A stretch of 64,000 nt of DNA from NCBI RefSeq assembly GCF_053078305.1, contig NZ_CP166879.1. The stretch is one strand, 5' to 3'. Position 1 is the first letter of the stretch; each line of letters starts with the position of its first letter. Positions 26,933-37,553 of the stretch are shown here, in pieces. The notes under the pieces were generated by a model, which was given only the letters and a program-made list of their open reading frames with translations, made no database searches and was not told the origin of the DNA. The position numbers and the translations under genes are program-made.

Positions 26933-27622
26933 ATGAGCAACCAAGGCGAATACCCCGAAGATAATCGGGTTGGGAAGCACGAGCCGCACGATTTTAGTTT
27001 GACCCGTCGCGATCTGATTAAAGTGAGCGCCGCAACGGCGGCGACCGCCGTGGTTTATCCTCATTCTACGCTTGCGGCAAGCGTTCCGGCAGCTACACCC
27101 GCGCCAGAGATAATGCCCCTGACACTTAAGGTGAACGGCAAAACCGAGCAGCTTGAGGTGGATACCCGAACCACGCTACTGGACGCTTTGCGTGAAAATC
27201 TGCATTTGATCGGTACCAAGAAAGGTTGCGATCACGGACAGTGCGGAGCCTGTACCGTGCTGGTCAATGGTCGCAGGCTTAATGCCTGCCTGACGCTGGC
27301 AGTCATGCATCAGGGGGCCGAGATCACCACCATTGAAGGCCTGGGTTCACCAGATAATCTTCACCCCATGCAGGCGGCCTTTATCAAGCATGATGGCTTC
27401 CAGTGCGGCTACTGCACCTCCGGGCAAATTTGCTCATCAGTAGCGGTGCTAAAAGAGATTCAGGATGGCATTCCCAGTCACGTCACGGTCGATTTGGTTT
27501 CCGCTCCAGAAACAACTGCCGATGAGATCCGTGAACGTATGAGCGGCAACATCTGTCGCTGTGGTGCATACGCTAACATCCTTGCCGCCATTGAAGACGC
27601 TGCGGGGGAGATAAAATCATGA
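26933..27622 (+). CDS. paoA: PaoA, periplasmic aldehyde oxidoreductase 2Fe-2S subunit (Tat signal)
   Basis: 229 aa; twin-arginine signal ([17 protein letters not shown]); two [2Fe-2S] Cys motifs ([10 protein letters not shown]; CGYCTSGQ ... CRCGAY). Confidence 0.9.
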   Translation: MSNQGEYPEDNRVGKHEPHDFSLTRRDLIKVSAATAATAVVYPHSTLAASVPAATPAPEIMPLTLKVNGKTEQLEVDTRTTLLDALRENLHLIGTKKGCDHGQCGACTVLVNGRRLNACLTLAVMHQGAEITTIEGLGSPDNLHPMQAAFIKHDGFQCGYCTSGQICSSVAVLKEIQDGIPSHVTVDLVSAPETTADEIRERMSGNICRCGAYANILAAIEDAAGEIKS

Positions 27623-28575
27623 AGGCGTTTACCTATGAACGAGTGAACACCCCCGCCGAGGCGGCACTTAGCGCTCAGCGCGTACCCGGCGCAAAATTTA
27701 TCGCGGGCGGGACCAATCTGCTGGACCTGATGAAGCTGGAAATTGAAACGCCCACCCACCTTATCGATGTGAACGGCCTCGGGCTCGATAAGATTGAAGT
27801 GACCGACGCGGGTGGGCTGCGCATCGGCGCACTGGTACGGAACACCGACCTGGCGGCTCACGAGCGCGTGCGTCGTGATTACGCGGTACTCTCCCGCGCC
27901 CTGCTCGCTGGCGCGTCTGGTCAGTTACGCAATCAGGCAACCACCGCAGGTAATCTGCTCCAGCGCACGCGCTGCCCCTATTTTTACGACACCAATCAGC
28001 CCTGCAATAAGCGCCTGCCCGGGAGCGGCTGCGCGGCGCTTGAAGGCTTTAGCCGTCAGCACGCGGTGGTAGGCGTAAGCGAAGCCTGCATTGCCACCCA
28101 TCCGAGCGATATGGCGGTCGCAATGCGGTTGCTGGATGCGGTGGTGGAAACCATCACGCCGGAGGGAAAGACTCGCAGTATCACACTGGCTGATTTTTAT
28201 CACCCACCGGGGAAAACGCCGCACATTGAAACCGCCCTGCTTCCCGGTGAGCTTATCGTTGCGGTGACGTTACCTCCGCCGCTCGGCGGAAAACATATCT
28301 ACCGTAAGGTGCGCGATCGCGCCTCCTACGCCTTTGCCCTGGTATCGGTCGCAGCGATTATTCAGCCTGACAGCAGCGGGCGCGTCGCGCTGGGTGGAGT
28401 AGCACATAAGCCCTGGCGCATTGAGGCTGCGGATGCTCAGCTATCCCAGGGGGCACAGGCCGTGTATGACGCGCTGTTCGCCAGCGCCCATCCCACCGCT
28501 GAAAACACCTTTAAACTCCTGTTGGCGAAGCGAACGCTTGCCTCCGTACTGGCTGAAGCGAGGGCACAAGCATGA
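27619..28575 (+). CDS. paoB: PaoB, FAD-binding subunit of aldehyde oxidoreductase
   Basis: 318 aa; CO-dehydrogenase-flavoprotein-like ([13 protein letters not shown]); translationally coupled to paoA and paoC. Confidence 0.9.
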   Translation: MKAFTYERVNTPAEAALSAQRVPGAKFIAGGTNLLDLMKLEIETPTHLIDVNGLGLDKIEVTDAGGLRIGALVRNTDLAAHERVRRDYAVLSRALLAGASGQLRNQATTAGNLLQRTRCPYFYDTNQPCNKRLPGSGCAALEGFSRQHAVVGVSEACIATHPSDMAVAMRLLDAVVETITPEGKTRSITLADFYHPPGKTPHIETALLPGELIVAVTLPPPLGGKHIYRKVRDRASYAFALVSVAAIIQPDSSGRVALGGVAHKPWRIEAADAQLSQGAQAVYDALFASAHPTAENTFKLLLAKRTLASVLAEARAQA

Positions 28576-30770
28576 AATTTGATAAACCCGCAGGGGAAAA
28601 CCCGATCGATCAGCTGAAGGTTGTCGGTCGTCCCCATGACCGCATCGACGGACCGCTGAAAACTACCGGCACGGCACGCTACGCCTACGAATGGTTTGAA
28701 GAAGCTCCCAACGCCGCCTATGGCTATATCGTCGGTTCCGCCATTGCCAAAGGACGCCTCACCGCCCTTGATACGGACGCCGCGCAAAAAGCGCCGGGCG
28801 TACTGGCTGTCATTACCGCCAGTAACGCCGGGGCACTCGGCAAAGGCGACAAAAACACCGCCAGGCTGTTAGGCGGCCCCACTATTGAGCACTATCATCA
28901 GGCCATTGCGCTGGTAGTGGCCGAGACCTTCGAACAGGCGCGAGCGGCGGCCTCGCTGGTGCAGGCGCACTATCGCCGTAATAAAGGAGCTTACTCCCTG
29001 GCGGACGAAAAACAGGCCGTCAATCAGCCGCCGGAAGGCACGCCCGACAAAAACGTCGGTGACTTTGACGGGGCTTTCTCCTCCGCTGCGGTGAAGATTG
29101 ATGCTACCTACACGACCCCGGACCAGAGCCATATGGCGATGGAGCCGCATGCCTCGATGGCCGTCTGGGATGGAAATAAGCTTACTCTCTGGACCTCAAA
29201 TCAGATGATTGACTGGTGCCGCACCGATCTGGCAAAAACGCTGAAAGTGCCCGTGGAGAATGTGCGTATTATCTCCCCGTATATCGGCGGAGGGTTTGGC
29301 GGCAAGCTGTTCCTGAGAAGCGATGCGCTGCTGGCAGCCCTCGCCGCCCGAGCGGTGAAACGTCCGGTTAAAGTGATGCTCCCCCGCCCCACTATTCCCA
29401 ATAACACCACGCACCGCCCCGCAACCCATCAGCATCTGCGTATCGGTGCCGACCAGAGCGGGAAAATCACCGCTATCTCACATGAAAGCTGGTCCGGAAA
29501 CCTGCCCGGCGGTACGCCGGAAACGGCGGTACAGCAAAGCGAATTACTCTACGCCGGGGCAAACCGTCATACCGGCCTGCGGCTCGCCACGCTTGATTTG
29601 CCGGAAGGGAACGCCATGCGTGCGCCCGGCGAAGCCCCCGGTCTGATGGCGCTCGAAATCGCGATCGACGAACTGGCGGAAAAAGCGGGCATCGATCCCG
29701 TCGAGTTTCGCATCCTGAATGACACTCAGGTTGACCCCGCCGACCCGACGCGCCGCTTCTCTCGCCGTCAGCTTATCGAGTGCTTGCGCACCGGAGCGGA
29801 TAAATTTGGCTGGAAGCAGCGCAACGCCACACCCGGACAGGTGCGCGACGGGGAGTGGCTAGTCGGCCACGGCGTCGCGGCGGGCTTTCGCAATAATCTG
29901 CTGGAAAAATCGGGGGCTCGGGTTCACCTCGAACCAAACGGCACCGTTACCGTGGAAACGGACATGACCGACATTGGCACCGGCAGCTACACCATTCTGG
30001 CCCAGACGGCAGCGGAAATGCTTGGCGTACCGCTGGAGCAGGTTGCGGTTCACCTCGGCGATTCCAGTTTCCCGGTTTCTGCGGGTTCTGGTGGACAATG
30101 GGGCGCGAATACCTCCACCTCCGGCGTTTACGCCGCCTGTGTGAAGCTTCGCGAAATGATTGCCTCGGCAGTCGGGTTTGATCCTGAGCAGTCGCAGTTT
30201 GCCGACGGCAAGATTACCAACGGTACCCGAAGCGCCATGCTACATGAGGCCACCGCAGGCGGCAGACTGACAGCGGAAGAGAGCATTGAATTCGGAACAC
30301 TGAGCAAGGAGTACCAGCAGTCGACCTTTGCCGGGCATTTTGTGGAGGTCGGCGTGCATAGCGCGACGGGAGAAGTTCGGGTCCGGCGTATGCTCGCTGT
30401 GTGTGCTGCAGGACGCATCCTGAATCCGAAAACTGCACGCAGCCAGGTCATTGGCGCAATGACTATGGGCATGGGCGCGGCACTGATGGAGGAGCTGGCG
30501 GTGGATGACCGTTTGGGCTACTTCGTTAATCACGATATGGCGGGGTATGAGGTGCCGGTCCATGCGGATATCCCAAAACAGGAGGTGATTTTCCTGGATG
30601 ATACCGACCCCATATCCTCCCCGATGAAGGCCAAAGGTGTCGGTGAGCTGGGCCTGTGCGGCGTGAGCGCGGCTATCGCCAACGCGGTGTATAACGCCAC
30701 CGGTATTCGGGTACGCGATTATCCCATCACTCTGGATAAGCTGCTCGATAAGCTGCCGGATGTGGTTTAA
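28572..30770 (+). CDS. paoC: PaoC, molybdopterin-binding catalytic subunit of aldehyde oxidoreductase
   Basis: 732 aa xanthine-dehydrogenase-family Mo-co subunit. Confidence 0.9.
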   Translation: MKFDKPAGENPIDQLKVVGRPHDRIDGPLKTTGTARYAYEWFEEAPNAAYGYIVGSAIAKGRLTALDTDAAQKAPGVLAVITASNAGALGKGDKNTARLLGGPTIEHYHQAIALVVAETFEQARAAASLVQAHYRRNKGAYSLADEKQAVNQPPEGTPDKNVGDFDGAFSSAAVKIDATYTTPDQSHMAMEPHASMAVWDGNKLTLWTSNQMIDWCRTDLAKTLKVPVENVRIISPYIGGGFGGKLFLRSDALLAALAARAVKRPVKVMLPRPTIPNNTTHRPATHQHLRIGADQSGKITAISHESWSGNLPGGTPETAVQQSELLYAGANRHTGLRLATLDLPEGNAMRAPGEAPGLMALEIAIDELAEKAGIDPVEFRILNDTQVDPADPTRRFSRRQLIECLRTGADKFGWKQRNATPGQVRDGEWLVGHGVAAGFRNNLLEKSGARVHLEPNGTVTVETDMTDIGTGSYTILAQTAAEMLGVPLEQVAVHLGDSSFPVSAGSGGQWGANTSTSGVYAACVKLREMIASAVGFDPEQSQFADGKITNGTRSAMLHEATAGGRLTAEESIEFGTLSKEYQQSTFAGHFVEVGVHSATGEVRVRRMLAVCAAGRILNPKTARSQVIGAMTMGMGAALMEELAVDDRLGYFVNHDMAGYEVPVHADIPKQEVIFLDDTDPISSPMKAKGVGELGLCGVSAAIANAVYNATGIRVRDYPITLDKLLDKLPDVV

Positions 30771-30779
30771 GGAGGAACA

Positions 30780-31736
30780 ATGTCATACCCGCTTTTTGAT
30801 AAAGACGAACACTGGCATAAGCCAGAGCAGGCGTTTCTCACCGATGACCACCGGACCATTCTGCGCTTCGCCGTAGAGGCGCTAATGTCCGGTAAAGGAG
30901 CGGTGCTGGTGACGCTGGTGGAGATACGCGGCGGCGCGGCGCGCCCGCTCGGGGCGCAGATGGTGGTGCGCGAAGATGGTCGTTACTGCGGTTTTGTCTC
31001 TGGCGGCTGCGTGGAGGCCGCTGCCGCTTTTGAAGCGCTGGAGATGATGGGCTCAGGCCGCGATCGCGAAATTCGCTATGGCGAAGGTTCGCCGTGGTTT
31101 GACATCGTTCTGCCCTGCGGCGGTGGGATCACGCTGACGCTCCATAAACTACGCTCGGCACAGCCTCTGCTCGCCGTGCTGAACCGCCTGGAACAGAGAA
31201 AACCGGCGGGGCTGCGCTACGATCCGCAAGCACAATCGCTGGTGTGTCTGCCCACGCAAACCCGGACGGGCTGGAATCTCAATGGCTTTGAGGTGGGGTT
31301 CAGGCCATGCGTCAGGCTGATGATTTACGGACGTTCTCTTGAGGCGCAGGCAACCGCGAGTCTTGCAGCAGCCACAGGCTATGACAGCCATATCTTCGAT
31401 CTTTTTCCGGCCTCAGCCAGCGCTCAGATCGATACCGATACGGCGGTCATTTTGCTGTGCCATGATCTCAACCGAGAGCTGCCAGTGTTGCAGGCCGCGC
31501 GAGAGGCAAAACCCTTTTATCTCGGCGCATTGGGCAGCTATCGAACCCACACGTTACGTCTGCAAAAGCTCCACGAGCTGGGATGGTCCAGGGAGGAGAC
31601 AGCGCAAATCCGGGCACCCGTCGGGATATTTCCCAAAGCCCGGGATGCGCATACTCTGGCACTCTCCGTGCTGGCAGAAGTCGCCTCTGTACGTCTCCAT
31701 CAGGAGGAGGATTCATACCTGCCCCCGTCGTCCTGA
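30780..31736 (+). CDS. paoD: PaoD, XdhC-like molybdenum cofactor insertion chaperone
   Basis: 318 aa XdhC/CoxI family. Confidence 0.85.
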   Translation: MSYPLFDKDEHWHKPEQAFLTDDHRTILRFAVEALMSGKGAVLVTLVEIRGGAARPLGAQMVVREDGRYCGFVSGGCVEAAAAFEALEMMGSGRDREIRYGEGSPWFDIVLPCGGGITLTLHKLRSAQPLLAVLNRLEQRKPAGLRYDPQAQSLVCLPTQTRTGWNLNGFEVGFRPCVRLMIYGRSLEAQATASLAAATGYDSHIFDLFPASASAQIDTDTAVILLCHDLNRELPVLQAAREAKPFYLGALGSYRTHTLRLQKLHELGWSREETAQIRAPVGIFPKARDAHTLALSVLAEVASVRLHQEEDSYLPPSS

Positions 31737-31914
31737 TCCTTGCGGCCGGGCGTGGGAAGCGCTTTCTCACCTCCGGGGGAAATACCATAAATTAAGAGAA
31801 AAATCTGCAGTAGCCGTTTTAGAAAATCACCTAAATCGTTTAAAAGAGCGCCCTACCCATAGTGGGTGCTCATCGCCTTGTGTAACTTATTCAGCAACGC
31901 GCGCCCTCGCCGGA

Positions 31915-33108
31915 CTAAAGCGCACCGGCCTTCTGGCGTGCGGTAACAAAGGTCAGTACGCCCGCGCAAAGGAGCAGCACACTACTCATGGCAAACGTAC
32001 TCTGCCAGCCAAGGCGGTCAAACACGATGCCTCCTGCCGTTGATCCAAGGGCGATTGAGAGCTGAATCACCGCGACCATGAGCCCGCCTCCGGCTTCGGC
32101 GTTGTCAGGCAACGTACGCGCAATCCATGTCCACCATCCGGTTGGCGCGGCGGTGGCCAGCATGCCCCAGAGTCCTAACAGCAGCGAGACCGTCCAGACG
32201 TGATGCCCGGTAAGCATCAGACCGATGGCAATGACGGCCATCAGTCCGGGTATGGCCATCAGCGTGGGGTAGAATTTTCTGTTGAGAAATGTCGAAACAA
32301 CCAGCGTGCCAATAAAACCGGCCACGCCGATAATCAGCAAAATCAACGACAAGCCTAAGGAATTAACCCGTGTCACCGACTCCAGAAACGGGCGCACATA
32401 GGTGAATAGCGCAAACTGCCCCATGAAAAACAGGCCACAAGCTATCATGCCGACCACAACCATGCGGCGGCTAAATAAGCGGAATACCGCGCCACATGAC
32501 GTGTGGCTTTTATTCGCATCCATGCTGGGCAGACTAATGCACTGCCAGATAAAGGCGACAACCGCCATGGGCACCAGGCACAAGAAAGCGCCTCGCCATC
32601 CGACCGTAGCCCCCAGATAGCTTCCCAGCGGCGCGGCCACGACCGTCGCCAGCGCATTACCGGCGTTGAAAATCGCCAGCGCACGCGTGACCTGATGCTG
32701 CGGCACCAGACGAATCGCCGTTGCCGCTGACATCGACCAGAATCCGCCAATGGCCACACCAATCATCGCACGACCGACCATATACATCAGATAACTGGTA
32801 GCCAGCGCAATAATAAGCCCCGATACGGCCATCAGAACCGTCATCCCCAGCAGCAGGAACTTACGATTCATCTTTCCAGCTAGCGTTGAAAGCGTCAGGC
32901 TGGTCAGAACCGCCAGCGCGCCGGAGATAGCAATCCCCTGCCCTGCCAGCCCCTCCGTCACGCCTAAATCGCGGGTAATCGGCGTGAGCAGGCTGACGGG
33001 CATAAATTCAGAAGCAATCAGCACAAACACGCACAGGGTCATGGCAAAAATACCGCCCCAGTATGCGCGCTGATGATGAGGTGATAGTGTTTGGCTTAGT
33101 GTCGACAT
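31915..33108 (-). CDS. MFS transporter (12-TM, sugar-efflux/drug-efflux type)
   Basis: 397 aa; ~12 hydrophobic helices, MFS loop motif GKMNRKFLLLG. Confidence 0.8.
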   Translation of the reverse strand: MSTLSQTLSPHHQRAYWGGIFAMTLCVFVLIASEFMPVSLLTPITRDLGVTEGLAGQGIAISGALAVLTSLTLSTLAGKMNRKFLLLGMTVLMAVSGLIIALATSYLMYMVGRAMIGVAIGGFWSMSAATAIRLVPQHQVTRALAIFNAGNALATVVAAPLGSYLGATVGWRGAFLCLVPMAVVAFIWQCISLPSMDANKSHTSCGAVFRLFSRRMVVVGMIACGLFFMGQFALFTYVRPFLESVTRVNSLGLSLILLIIGVAGFIGTLVVSTFLNRKFYPTLMAIPGLMAVIAIGLMLTGHHVWTVSLLLGLWGMLATAAPTGWWTWIARTLPDNAEAGGGLMVAVIQLSIALGSTAGGIVFDRLGWQSTFAMSSVLLLCAGVLTFVTARQKAGAL

Positions 33109-33183
33109 AGTGAAATTTCACAAAGATCAGGATAAAAGCCACCAGCCTATGGTCGGTGGCTTTGCATCAATTCAGGAGAGGTT

Positions 33184-34320
33184 TTATTTCAGTTTGGTCT
33201 GGAAAAATTGTTCGAACTTCGCGAAAGGTATTTTTCCGGCCACGTTATCGTACAGGTCCACGTGATTTGCCCCTGGTACCACCACCAACTCTTTGTCTTT
33301 ACTGCCAACCGCCTTGTAAGCATCTTCAGCAAAATAGCGTGAATGTGCTTTCTCACCGGTCACAATCAGCGTCGGAATGGTTATTTCACTGGCGTAGCTC
33401 AACAGCGGCATATTCATAAATGACAGCGGCATCGTTGCCGTCCACGCCCCGGTAGAGTTAACGGAACGTTCGTGGAAGCCGCGCGGCATGCGATAGTAGT
33501 CAAAGAACTCTTTCAGTACCGGATGAGGATTTGCCGGCAGCGTTTCTGGCAGAATGCGCTCGCCCGCACTGACCTTGCCGTTGCTGTCGACATTAATATC
33601 ATGACCACCGTGAGCGAACGTTCCGCTCTGCGCATCCTTCCAGCGCTGTTCATTCAGATATTGCAGAACAGCACGACGGTCGGCGGTAGAATAACGGTCT
33701 TCGCCATCCCCCACACCATGGCCCATCGCCCGGCTCATGTCATACATCACGCTGGTAGCAACCGCTTTAACGCGGGTATCCATCGCCACGTCGTTCAGCG
33801 CCATGCCACCCCAGCCACAAATACCGAGCAGCCCGATACGGTTGCGATCTACCTCTTTTTGCAGCCCTAAGAAATCCACCGCCGCGCTGAAATCTTCAGT
33901 GTTGATATCCGGTGAGGCGACGTTCCGCGGATAGCCGCCGCTTTCCCCGGTGTAAGAAGGATCGAACGCCAGGGTAACAAACCCTCGTTCCGCCAGCGTC
34001 TGCGCATACAAGCCGCTGGATTGCTCTTTCACCGCGCCAAATGGCCCACTGACCGCAATCGCCGCCAGCTTGCGATCGCCACGGTCTTTAGGCAGGTAAA
34101 GATCGCCCACTAAGGTGATGCCATATCGGTTCGGGAACGATACTTTACGGTGATCGACTTTCTGGCTCTCGGCGAACGTTTTATCCCATTTATCGGTCAT
34201 GGACACAGGGGCATTAGGATTGGTTGAATCAGCATAACTCATTGTCGTGACTCCACTTAATGATGCGAAAAGCAGCATGGCCGGCATCGCGGTTTTTAGC
34301 GTTCGGGTGAAGGCTTTCAT
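33184..34320 (-). CDS. secreted alpha/beta hydrolase, dienelactone-hydrolase-like (paralogue of the 13485..14405 product)
   Basis: ORF 33184..34341; signal peptide; nucleophile elbow LGICGWGG with Cys; C-terminal NHVDLYD. Confidence 0.7.
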   Translation of the reverse strand: MKAFTRTLKTAMPAMLLFASLSGVTTMSYADSTNPNAPVSMTDKWDKTFAESQKVDHRKVSFPNRYGITLVGDLYLPKDRGDRKLAAIAVSGPFGAVKEQSSGLYAQTLAERGFVTLAFDPSYTGESGGYPRNVASPDINTEDFSAAVDFLGLQKEVDRNRIGLLGICGWGGMALNDVAMDTRVKAVATSVMYDMSRAMGHGVGDGEDRYSTADRRAVLQYLNEQRWKDAQSGTFAHGGHDINVDSNGKVSAGERILPETLPANPHPVLKEFFDYYRMPRGFHERSVNSTGAWTATMPLSFMNMPLLSYASEITIPTLIVTGEKAHSRYFAEDAYKAVGSKDKELVVVPGANHVDLYDNVAGKIPFAKFEQFFQTKLK

Positions 34321-34506
34321 AAAAATCCCCATAAAAAACAACAGAGAGATACAGGTTTCCGACGGACAACGCTGCGGTGCTTTACTTTGATGGGGTCATT
34401 ATAGTGAGCAGAATTAGTGCTGATTAGGGGGCGATTAATGCTAAGATTAATACCATATTGTTATAAATTAATGCGAAGATTGCCGGCATGAAGGGGGGAT
34501 GTTTCA

Positions 34507-35391
34507 ATGGCGAAAAGGGAGAACTACAACGAGCTGTACCTGTTTATGCAGGTGGTGCGAGAAGGCAGCTTTACCGCAGCGGCTCAGCGGCTGGGTCTTG
34601 CTCAGTCAGGAGTCAGCCGTTCTGTTCGCGAGCTTGAAGAAAGGCTGGGTGTCCAGCTGCTAGTGCGCACCACGCGTAAACTGTCGCTGACACAAGCAGG
34701 CGAGCAGCTCTACCAGAAGACGGCATCTGGATTTGAAATGTTAGATCTTGGGCTTGCCACACTGGCGCACTATCGAGAGACGCCCTCCGGCACGGTGCGT
34801 ATCAATGCCAGCCAGCACGCGATTGATAAATGCCTGCTGCCAAAGCTGGCGGTATTTAAACAGCGATATCCTGATATCCGGCTTGAACTGATAAATGAGA
34901 GCCGGTTCGTCGATATCATCGAGGAAAGATTCGATGCAGGTGTCCGCCTGGGGCCTGAAGTCGGCCAGGGTATGGTCGCGGTACGCATCACGCCCGATAT
35001 GGAGATGGCAATTGTGGGGACTCCGGAACATTTTCGTCGCTATGGTTTTCCGCAAACTCCGGCGGATTTAAAGGCGCATCCCTGTATCGCCTATCAGTTT
35101 GCCGACGGCAGCGTATACCAGTGGGAACTCAATCAGGATGATAAAAAAATCACTCATCAACCCGAAGGACAATGGGCCCTATCCGACAGCTATATGGAAG
35201 CAGAAGCCGCCCGGCTGGGCCTCGGATTGGCCTATGTTCCTGTTGAACTGGTCGCGGATGATTTAGAACACGGTAAGCTTATCAGGGTGTTGCAGCGTTA
35301 CAGCCTGCGAATGGAGGGATTGTTTCTCTATTACCCTCATCGCAACGTCTCCCCCGCTCTGCGGATGGTCATTGATACATTGAAAATCTGA
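34507..35391 (+). CDS. LysR-family transcriptional regulator
   Basis: 294 aa; HTH FTAAAQRLGLAQSGVSRSVRELEERL; divergent from hydrolase. Confidence 0.8.
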   Translation: MAKRENYNELYLFMQVVREGSFTAAAQRLGLAQSGVSRSVRELEERLGVQLLVRTTRKLSLTQAGEQLYQKTASGFEMLDLGLATLAHYRETPSGTVRINASQHAIDKCLLPKLAVFKQRYPDIRLELINESRFVDIIEERFDAGVRLGPEVGQGMVAVRITPDMEMAIVGTPEHFRRYGFPQTPADLKAHPCIAYQFADGSVYQWELNQDDKKITHQPEGQWALSDSYMEAEAARLGLGLAYVPVELVADDLEHGKLIRVLQRYSLRMEGLFLYYPHRNVSPALRMVIDTLKI

Positions 35392-35629
35392 ACGTTAACA
35401 ACGACCGACTCTTCACGGTGCAATATTGTGTCAGGTAGTCACTCTGCGTTCAATTCCAGGGTCTGCTTTGAGCGAGAAAGAGCAGACTTATCTGTACAAG
35501 GGGACTATCCAGCAATGGAGATCATCCAAAAGAAAAAACCACCTGGCTCCCCTCGACAACCTTAATCCGGGCATTTAGCCTCAATCAACATTTTCATATC
35601 TGTCAGGTTACTTCATTATGAAAACCGAT

Positions 35630-35880
35630 CAATATCGTTGTTTTTGTTGCAACAGTAGAATACGCGTATTTATCCCTCCATTTCTATTAATAACGGCAAT
35701 AAACTGTTCATTTCACTGATATTTAAAATATGCATCCTTTTCAAGCTGTTCAGCGGCGTAAGAAAACGTATTAAATATGAATTCGACGATTTAACCATTT
35801 CTGTCTGATTGGTAATCATCTGTGATTAATGCTGGTCTATTGATTACGCCAGCATTAACCGCTTAGGGATGTATTCTTCC
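35630..35880 (+). repeat. degenerate paralogous copy of the ykgR and ykgO-3'/downstream segments (ykgM and most of ykgO absent)
   Basis: 35633..35745 aligns with 16300..16415 (ykgR region, frame disrupted); 35745..35880 aligns with 17105..17240 (ykgO 3' end and downstream) at roughly 75% identity by eye. Confidence 0.6.
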
Positions 35881-36093
35881 TGATCATATACAGCCCTCGA
35901 AAAAGAGAGAAAATAAAACTGTGTCCAATATTACTCTACCACTCCAGACCGAAGCATCGGTAGAATTAGCAGAACGACTGGTACAATAGATTGGGATAGC
36001 GTCATTTGTCAGGTATTCCATTGCCTGACAAATGACAATTTTGAGTCAATAGACGTGCTTCTTGATCATGTCTTAAAAATTATACCATGAGCC

Positions 36094-36366
36094 TTATGAA
36101 GCATCATTTTTACTGACTGGTGTTAATTTTGCTATCATATAAACTCTGTTCTTAAAAAACGCGCCCAGAATTTTATATGATTTCCCTTGTTTTTCTGCCT
36201 GTAAAGAAATTTCTTTTTCAGTGCTGTCAATGGTTGAACCGACGGCAGTAATCGTTTTGGCGACGCTACTGAATGATAATAAAGACAGTGTAACAACAAC
36301 AATTAAAGAACAGATAGTATTCACGCTAATTCTCCTGACAATTGAGAGGATGAGTTTTATATACAT
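36094..36366 (-). CDS. small secreted DUF1471-like (YjfY/BhsA-type) protein
   Basis: 90 aa; N-terminal hydrophobic signal, then ITAVGSTIDSTEKEISLQAEKQGKSYKILGAF pattern typical of DUF1471 stress proteins. Confidence 0.45.
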   Translation of the reverse strand: MYIKLILSIVRRISVNTICSLIVVVTLSLLSFSSVAKTITAVGSTIDSTEKEISLQAEKQGKSYKILGAFFKNRVYMIAKLTPVSKNDAS

Positions 36367-36536
36367 AGGTATTAAACATGAGTCATATTTACCCCAAGAG
36401 AAAATACTCCTTCTGTAATTAAACCTTCATCTCCTTCGGGGTGAGCAATACATAATACATCTTGCTATGAAAACACAGGGATATATAAATCTTCCTTCTG
36501 ACCTATTTAATAAAACGTGAATGTAAAAGTTATTCT

Positions 36537-36779
36537 TCAGTTTGCAGATGCAGTGGGTCTGATGGTAATTTCGGTTGTATCAACGCTTTCGGGAGATTCA
36601 ATAATATGCCTTACCGCACGGGCAATATCCGCAGGTTGAAGTGCAACAGAACGGTAGGCGTCCATTGCCTTCATGGTTTCCACATGGGTAATGGTTGAAG
36701 CCAGTTCACTTTCGACAACGCCAGGATTTACGCAGGTCACACGGATTTTCGAGCTTTCCTGCCGTAAGCCATCAGAAAT
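36537..36779 (-). pseudogene. C-terminal fragment of a short-chain dehydrogenase/reductase
   Basis: 67-aa ORF matching only the SDR C-terminus (NPGVVESELASTITHVET ... ADIARAVRHIIESPESV); no N-terminal Rossmann part; abuts a second gene fragment. Confidence 0.55.
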
Positions 36780-36780
36780 A

Positions 36781-37216
36781 GCCCGTACTGCAAATCAGGC
36801 AGCGTGAAATGGTCGTTGCCTCTCCCTCCTATCTCGCAGCCAACAGCACACCTGTTCATCCGCGTGAACTTGTGAATCATAAGTGTATCGGCTGGCGTCA
36901 ATCCCCGGATGTTGCGCCTTATCGCTGGCCATTTGAAGAAAACGGGAGAGCTTTCGACCTTGCGATTGAACCACAGATTACGACTAATGATCTGCGTCTG
37001 ATGTTGAGGCTGGCTCTTGCCGGCGGAGGAATAACAATTGCCACTCAGGAAACTTTCAGGCCGTATATTGAAAGCGGTAAGCTTGTATCTCTGCTTGATG
37101 ACTTTCTTCCACAATTTCCGGGCTTCTATCTGTATTTCCCACAGCGTCGCAATATTGCACCAAAGCTCCGCGCCCTGATTGACCACGTCAAGGAATGGCG
37201 GCAGCAATTGGCTTAA
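36781..37216 (+). pseudogene. C-terminal fragment of a LysR-family regulator (substrate-binding domain only)
   Basis: 135-aa ORF with LysR C-terminal motif FPGFYLYFPQRRNIAPKLRALIDHV but no HTH; junction with SDR fragment near 36780. Confidence 0.55.
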
Positions 37217-37343
37217 ATGTCTGCACCTGCATTGCCTGATGTCAGAACAGTATTTTGATTAATTGCCAGGGTTACAATGGCATAAATACGGCACAGGAGG
37301 AAACGTGGTGTATTTGAATATGGGGTAACTACTTGATTTAAAT

Positions 37344-37389
37344 GGTGCCGATAATAGGAGTCGAACCTACGACCTTCGCATTACGAATT
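37344..37389 (-). repeat. 3' 46-nt fragment of tRNA-Thr(CGU): att direct repeat marking the island boundary
   Basis: reverse complement ATTCGTAATGCGAAGGTCGTAGGTTCGACTCCTATTATCGGCACCA is the anticodon stem to CCA end of tRNA-Thr; the 5' half is absent, so not a functional tRNA. Confidence 0.75.
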
Positions 37390-37553
37390 AGCGAGACCAG
37401 TGATTCAAGATGTTCACAGCTGTTTCAGCATACAATAAAAAATATATAAAAATCAACAAAATACACATAAATGCAGTATCAAGATGTTTCGCCTTGTTTC
37501 TGATGATATCATGTTAAATGTGTACCCCACTGTGTACCCAAAAGGCTGAAGAT

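Noticed and set aside
31339-32043. 234-aa plus-strand ORF spanning the paoD 3' end and the MFS gene
   Set aside because: Out of frame with paoD and antisense to the MFS transporter; Arg/Pro-rich low-complexity translation.
37344-37389. Candidate tRNA-Thr gene
   Set aside because: Only the 3' 46 nt (anticodon stem to CCA end) are present and the 5' half is replaced by unrelated sequence; annotated as att repeat, not tRNA.
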